Positions 57,490 to 64,000 of a stretch of 64,000 bases of DNA are shown here, one piece after another; within the stretch, counting starts at the first letter, position 1; every line of letters begins with the position of its first letter. Position numbers and translations under genes: made by a program. The notes beneath the pieces were generated by a model. That model ran no database searches and was not told the DNA's origin. It saw only the letters and a program-made list of their open reading frames with translations. Source of the stretch: the human T2T-CHM13v2.0 reference genome, Homo sapiens; assembly GCF_009914755.1 (NCBI RefSeq), contig NC_060926.1; one strand, given 5' to 3'.

Positions 57490-57832
57490 TCATGTGCGTC
57501 TCTGTACAAGTGTGTGTATGTGCATGTGTGTGTGCAGATGTTTGTATGTGTGCAGGTGAGTGTGTGTGTGCAGGTGTGTGTCTCTGTGCATGTGTGTATG
57601 TATGTACATGTGTCTGTGTGTTTGTATAAACATGTTCATGTGTCTGTGTACGTGTGTACGTGTCTGCGTCTGTGTGTCCATATGTGCATGTCTGTGTGTG
57701 CATGTGTCTATGTGTCTGTGTCTGTATGTGCATGTGTGCATGTGCATATGTGTGTGTTTGCATGTCTATGTGCCTGCATGCATGTGTGTGTGTTTGTGTG
57801 TCTGTGTATATGTGCGCATGAGTGGATGTGTG
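57490..57832. repeat. Degenerate (TG)n/(TGTA/TGCA/TGTC)n simple repeat, ~340 bp
   Basis: Visible directly as an alternating TG-rich tract. It explains the HT-rich and CV-rich ORFs here. Confidence 0.95.
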
Positions 57833-58834
57833 CACCGCTCCGGACGAGCCCTCCTTCCTGTCAGTGCCTTCTCTACCACAGCCCACCTGGATTTGTCTGT
57901 CCTGGGAATGCTCCCACAGGGAATGTTGTGCCTGCAGGCTCTTGCTGATATTGAGCTAAAAATGCAACTGTTGATGTACCCAATTTAAGATTAAACTCTT
58001 CCCACCCTCATGCACACCCTTGCCAGTCAGCTGCCTTCTTCAGTGACCTCTAGATATCACAGACAAGCCAGGTTTATCAGCTCCTAGTGCCCTTAGAGAA
58101 GGGGGCTTTTCCCAGCTGCCCCCAGCCTGGGGTGGGGGGTGTTAATGCAAGAGCAGGAGTGAGGTGGGCTAACCACCAGCCGCTCTGAGGGGCCTCTGAG
58201 CACCGGGCAGCAGTCCTGCTCCACCCCAAGCCCCAGCCCCAGGACCACACTGTCCACTGGCTCCTCCCAGACAGGCTTAAGGCAGGATAGTGCCACCCTC
58301 TGACATCCCATGGTAACATTAAAAATCCGTATAAGGGGAGTTCTAACATTTTCCTCCTAAGCTCAGTGGATTGACTTAGGCTTCCCTGGCTTCAGCATCT
58401 GCTGGGCACTCAGGGGTGCACAAACGCCTGAGGGGACATGGTATTGTGCCAGAGGCAATGGAAGCTGCAATAGACAGGACACGTTTTCATGGAGCATCAG
58501 TCATACTCAGCTATGAGTGATTCAAAATACTTTAACATAGATACAAACACCGCGGTGTTATGGAGGAGGATACACCACCCACGCACGTTGTGAAGGTCCA
58601 GCAGGAGGACTCGGAGGAAGCTTCCGTGCTGTGGGACACTCTGGAATCTGGGCCAGATCACCAAGAGTGTGTCTTCTTCTGAGATAGGGGCACTTGGCGA
58701 AAACATTTCTGAAACAATGTGCTAAGTGGAGGCTGTGAGGCCTGAACGTGAGAAGGAGTTTTAAGAAACTTGGAGTTACTGGGTGGCTGAGTGTTAAATA
58801 AGAACATTTGTCCTTTACCCTAAATGAGCGTTTA

Positions 58835-59335
58835 CTCACTCGCTCATCCATTCATTCAACAGATATTTCCTGAATGCCTACTCCAGTCCAGGCACCATGG
58901 AAGATGTTGGGCCAATTATTTGGGAAAAGTCTCATCTTACTAGTATCAGATATGGGGAGAAGGAAGGGACAATTATGTTTGGAAAATAGGAGTAGAGGTT
59001 CCTCTAAATCCCAAATACTCTTTTGTATCTCTGTTTCCCTGACTGCAATGATGGTTACAGAAAGGATGATAAAGGAGAAATACTTTGAAATGAAAATTGC
59101 TATTTATTTGCAAATGAATCTAAATTATGAGCATAATTTATTCCTCCGGAAAATATGAATTGAGCACCAATTCATGCCAGGACTTGTGCTGGGCGTGGTG
59201 GGGAGGACAAAGATGGTCCCGAGGAGAGCTGCCCACACAGGGGAGCTTGGTAAGGAGACAGGAGACAGTGCAGATGAAAAGCCTGGGATGGATCAATGGG
59301 TGCCACAGGACTTCCACTTGGGAAGAGGTGATCTG
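58835..59335 (-). mobile_element. L2 3'-end fragments (two pieces, ~58835-58930 and ~59140-59335)
   Basis: catccattcattcaacagatatttcctgaatgcctact..ccaggcacc and aattgagcaccaattcatgccaggacttgtgctggg. Confidence 0.6.
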
Positions 59336-60008
59336 CATTGTACACTATTAGTGGTGTGGTTACTCCTTTTTCTCCCAAGATTTCACTATGCTTATAAATA
59401 AATACGATAACCAGAACAATGGCTATACTGTGAAGGCCCGTGAGCAAGTGGCTGGTTCGCCAATGGTCATCATCAACAACGTCTCAGCAGCTCAGACTTA
59501 GGACTGTGATTAGCCTCATCATGCCTGCATGGACGAGGCACAGGCCCTGTCTGAAAAACACAAGCTGCAGGCAAGCATGTGTCTGTGTGCTGTGCTGGTG
59601 TTGCTGGAAATACACTTGGGAAGGTGATGCCCACTGGATTAAACCCGTGATGCAGGGAAGAGTTGTAAGATCTGGTGAGTCGGTTAGCTAGAATGGAGGG
59701 GACCGAGAAGGTAGGTTGTACATGTGGGTCCTCTCCTCCCCTCTGTTCCCCTCCACAGACTGTTCCCCAGCCAGAAGCACCTGGTAAGCCTCTGCAAGTC
59801 CTCAGAACTAGAAAGATTAGAAAGAGAGAGAGAGAACACATGTGGATGATACCACAGTCAGTGAGAAGGGACTCCAAGCTCATGCCTCTGGGGGATGGCC
59901 TCATTGCCATCTCTGGATCCAGAGGGCAAATTATTAGCAGTTCTATTCAGAAAAAGGGCTAGAGAGCAGGGGCAAGAAATCATGCTTGCAGTTGCTCTTG
60001 AGGGCAGA

Positions 60009-60381
60009 TGTATTAGTTTGCTAGGGCTGTCATAAGAGAGTACTGCAGATTGGGTGACTTAAGCGACAGAAATTTCTTTTCTTACAATTCTGGAGGCTAG
60101 AAGTCCAAGCTCAAGGTATCAGAAGAGTTGGTTTCTTCTGTGGCCTGCCTCTCTTCTTGGCCGTCTTCTTCCTATGTCTTCACATGGTCTTCCCTCTCTG
60201 AGCGTCTGTGTCCTAATCTCTTTTTAAGGACACCAGTCATATTGTCTTAGGCCCCACCCATATGACCTACTTTCATCACCTCCTTGAAGGCTCTGTCTCC
60301 AGATACAGTCACATTCTGAGGTACTGGGGAGTTAGGGCTTCAACATAGGAATTTTGGGGGGACACAATTCAGCCCATAACC
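60009..60381 (-). mobile_element. MLT1 (MaLR) solo LTR, antisense
   Basis: tgtattagtttgctagggctg...ttctggaggctagaagtccaag...acagtcacattctgaggtactggg...ggggacacaattcagcccataac. Confidence 0.9.
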
Positions 60382-61504
60382 AAAGTGTCTCCTTAACTTT
60401 GGTAAAATGAAGCAATAGGAAATAAATAAATAAATAAATAAAAATTAAAAAAAAAAAAAAAAAACAGCTCTCTGTGCAGAGTGCTATAAAGGCCTCTCCG
60501 GGTCCTGGTGTGGATGACATGAAGACTGAGCCAACCTGACCCTTCTTGGCCAGGACCTCGGTAGGGACCGGCTCCTCTCGAAGGCCTTCTCTGCAGGAGG
60601 GTGGTGAGAATTCTAAGAGTCTGTTGACCCAACCACATGCATGAAAAGGGAGATCCTCCTTGATCCCAAATGTGATATGGCCTCACTGCCCAGTGAAGTG
60701 AAGCCATCTGCACAGACGGCTGTCAGGGCCCAGTCTGAGCTAGAGGCAGCACTTCCCAGAGATGGGCCCTGATGCTTCCTCTTCTTTCCCAAGAACGTGC
60801 TCCCAAATTCACATTTCCCCACTGGCCCAGGCCAAATCCCCATCTTTTAGATGCGGTGCCCCAGGAGGCCATGTGGTATGGGGTTGAGATCTCTGTCACT
60901 GTAGAGGCCTGAGCCTTCGAGAACCTGACGGAGAAGCAGCTCCCCCAGAGCGTCGCTTTCCTCTCTGGGGAAGTGTGGGCTTTCCTGGGTGCTGACAGCA
61001 GGAGGCATCTGTAATGCTGCTAACAGCTCTGTGTGGCTGTAATCTGGTTTATGCAAATCCAGTCACTTTGCAGCCCACAGGGAAAGCTGGAAGGAGGGAT
61101 CTGCTTTGATCTCTTATCAAAGAAGATTTTGCATTTACGTGAGAATGGCTAATGCTAAAAATATTGCTGTTTGGGAGAAATGGCCCATCCCTGCCCTGAA
61201 TTTATAATTTATAATGATACTGTAGCATCTTGGAACACTCGTCATTAAACAAACAAATGTGAAACTCCTCCTTTATTCTTCACATAAAGACCAGATGATG
61301 AGAAGGCAAAGCACCCAAGTGCTCGTGCCTGTGTCCCACCCCTGCTCTTGCGCAAGAGTCCTCCACCACCCGTACTCCAGTCTGACCGTAGCTTCCAGAA
61401 CATGGGAAACTGCTTTCCCCTGGCACAAGACTCTGCACAGAAGGGCTGGGCTCCAGCAACTTTGTTTCAGAAAGAAGTTTCTTCTCATTCTGATCCAGCC
61501 CAAG

Positions 61505-61750
61505 GAAACAGGATTTAAGTCAGGAGACTGGGTCTGAATCTAAGCTCTGCCCCTCACCAGCTGTAAGGGATTCACCTGGGTGAGCTCTTACCTCTGAGTC
61601 TGGACTTCCTCATCTGTAACATGGGAATGACACTATTTGACCTTCCTCCTTCCTCCTTCATGGGGTTTGACCTTCCTTCTTCGTGGGGTTTGGTGAGAAT
61701 CAAATGAATTAGTGTACATGAAGGTGCTTGTAAGTGATGAAGCTTCATAT
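61505..61750 (+). mobile_element. MIR with a small internal tandem duplication
   Basis: agtcaggagactgggtctgaatc...ttcctcatctgtaacatgggaatga...gtgagaatcaaatga. Duplicated tttgaccttcct...tgggg unit at 61636-61690. Confidence 0.65.
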
Positions 61751-62499
61751 ACCTTGCAGGGGACATTTTTTGGTTTTGTCACCCAGCATCTGTTACCTCA
61801 CCTTCTAGTAACAGTATAATGACTATACTATAACCTAAACTTCCTCTGGACTGTTGGTCCCCAGGCTACTGGTAGACTTGACCTTCCTCCTGTCTCCAGT
61901 GGACTTGACCTTCCCCTAGTCCCAGGAGATAAGTGTCACTCAAGGCCTGGCAAAGGGAAGCCTTGCCCCGCCCCACCCCCATAAGCCTCTTCCCGTGGTG
62001 GACTGGCTCTCAGAATCCTTTCCAACCTCTCTCCAGTGTGCCGTCCTGTATTACAACTTGCAAGAGCTGTACAGCTAAAATCTACCTTTTCCTGACTATT
62101 CTGTGGACAATGATCTGAATGTAAATTACTATCCAAAATGTTCCACTCAAGATTTGGAAGACAGGTATGTGACACTTGTGTCTTGGGTTTGAGAAGCAGA
62201 TGGGTGGCAGTGCTGGCCTCCTGAGGCCTGTATTACAAATATGGCGTGTGAACTTGAACTCAGTTGCTCCCATGGCAGTCTCCTGATCCCCCATCTTGCC
62301 AGGTGTTTCAAAGACCATAGCTCTCTGAAGCAGGTCAGTTCTGCTGTGTTCTGGGAGTCATTTCTGAAGATTCCACCTGGAACTCACTCCTTCAGACCAT
62401 CCAACAATTCTGCAAGCATCCAGTACCTGTGTTAAATCCTGGTCTGCTCTCAATATCTAGAGTGACTTCTGTGTTCAAAAATGAAACCCACCTGGTACC

Positions 62500-62850
62500 A
62501 ATGAAATGGGCACTTGGAACCCGACTAGGACCCAAGAGTCAGATCACACAACGTCATTTAAACAGCTGAGAAATGGAGGCTAAGTTTCTGATGGACTCGG
62601 AGGTTATAAGGCCAGAGCAGCTAGCAGCCCTCCTGCCTTCACAAGGAGCTTGTCTGAGGTAAATAACCAACCCGAGAAGGGCCACGCTGAGAGGAGAGGA
62701 GCCCGTTCTTGACACCTTTTGAGTAGCTGAACAAAACAACGTCTTGTGCCAAACCTACTTCTGGATCTCCAGTTACGTGAGCCAACACATTCCTCCAGTC
62801 TAAGACAGTTGGCATCAGACTATTCCATCATTTGATCAAAACATAATGTA
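62500..62850 (+). mobile_element. Old MLT1-like LTR remnant
   Basis: cctacttctggatctccagttacgtgagccaacacattcc...ctaagacagtt resembles an MLT1 3' end. Confidence 0.45.
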
Positions 62851-64000
62851 TGAGGGACGTGATGCTAACAGGAGCGAAACCACATGGCAGCAGTGATCAC
62901 GTGGTTACAGATCACATATTCTCAGCCAGAGGCTAGGGATCTCCTGGGAGCGTTTTATAGGATACACGTGAAGAGGTGTGAGCCTAGGCCTTCTGGATCC
63001 CATGAGGGACACATGCGAGCAACCGGAAAACCTCACAGGTGAAGGGGGTCCCATATGCACCCCTAGGGACGGGGGCTGCTACGGACCAACGCGTCGGGAA
63101 GGGAAGGCCAACAATGGGTATTCCTTGGAAACACTTGAATGTTTGAATCCCAGTTTTAGGCACTAACATTATTTTTTACTTAATTTTGATTTTCTTCTTT
63201 TAGGGTTAAAAAAACCCCTTGCATTAATTCACTCAGTATTATAACCACCAGATGAGAATACTATCGAGTGAAATATTTCAGCCCAGCTTGTGTAAGCTGA
63301 AGCAGCTGGGCCATTTTTAAAAATTGTAATAAATAAGTGAATGCATAATCAATCCCGCGAGTGTCAGCTTTCTGTTCTGTGTGCTCCCAGAGCTGTGCTT
63401 TTTCATCTTTATTCTACACCCCTGAAAAGAAAAGCAACATAGAGAAAAATGTTCACAGACTGTTCCCTGTGACCTTAACCAACAGAAAAAGGCTAAATTG
63501 TTGATGCTTATTCCAGAAGGTATTTCTACCATGGGCTAGGGTGGGTGCAGATTTAGAATAACCCTTCCTTTTCAGGGATAACTGTTTAATCCCAAAAAGC
63601 TACCTGGGAAGAGAAGGCCGATGTTTTGATTTTGGGGGTCTGCTATCTGTAGAACCTAACAGTGTTGGGAACAGCCCTATGGAGTAGAGTGAACAGCCTC
63701 AGAAGAAATGTGGATCAGGCATTTTTGAAGTGCCTGGCCAGGGCTTGGATGGCCAAAGATGAACCAGGCATGCTCCGTTGGTTCAAGAAATTTACAGTCT
63801 ACAGAGGAGGAGGCTTGGTGGACAAGCATAATTATTTGACAAACGATTTTTATCTTTGGAACCAAACAAAAATTATTCAAAGGCAAAGCTGAAGAATAAA
63901 TTGGGCGATCAAACCAGCTGACTCCAAAGTATGACTCACGGAATGGCTCTGAAGTCAGTTTTCAAAGATAATTTCTGAAAGTATCATGAGCATTGTTGGA

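Noticed and set aside
57389-57988. Overlapping 64-165 aa HT-rich and CV-rich ORFs on both strands
   Set aside because: They result from the TG-rich simple repeat, which lacks stop codons. No gene structure is visible.
58546-58559. 14-bp perfect palindrome AACACCGCGGTGTT in a small CpG patch
   Set aside because: A few palindromes of this length are expected by chance in 64 kb, and nothing else supports it.

Overview
This is human or great-ape genomic DNA (many Alu, L1, L2, MIR and MaLR repeats). It holds the 3' end of MBD5 (methyl-CpG-binding domain protein 5) on the + strand, recognised from recalled protein sequence. Six coding exons can be spliced by hand into one continuous frame ending ...[10 protein letters not shown]: 9471-9797 (or 9471-10496), 12103-12311, 15747-16955, 28797-28870, 36421-36496 and 39231-39302. 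An AT-rich 3' UTR follows, with a proximal poly(A) signal near 39.8 kb and a likely distal one near 43.3 kb. The last ~20 kb is GC-richer, repeat-dense intergenic DNA with no supported gene. The most interesting signal is in the intron that splits the PWWP domain. An in-frame acceptor 39 nt upstream of the usual one adds [13 protein letters not shown], which resembles the DNMT3 PWWP strands missing from the usual splice form. The same intron holds a candidate in-frame cassette exon and candidate poison exons, and the preceding exon junction recreates a strong 5' splice site. No prokaryotic-type system (CRISPR etc.) is present. Repeat subfamilies and boundaries were assigned by eye and are approximate.
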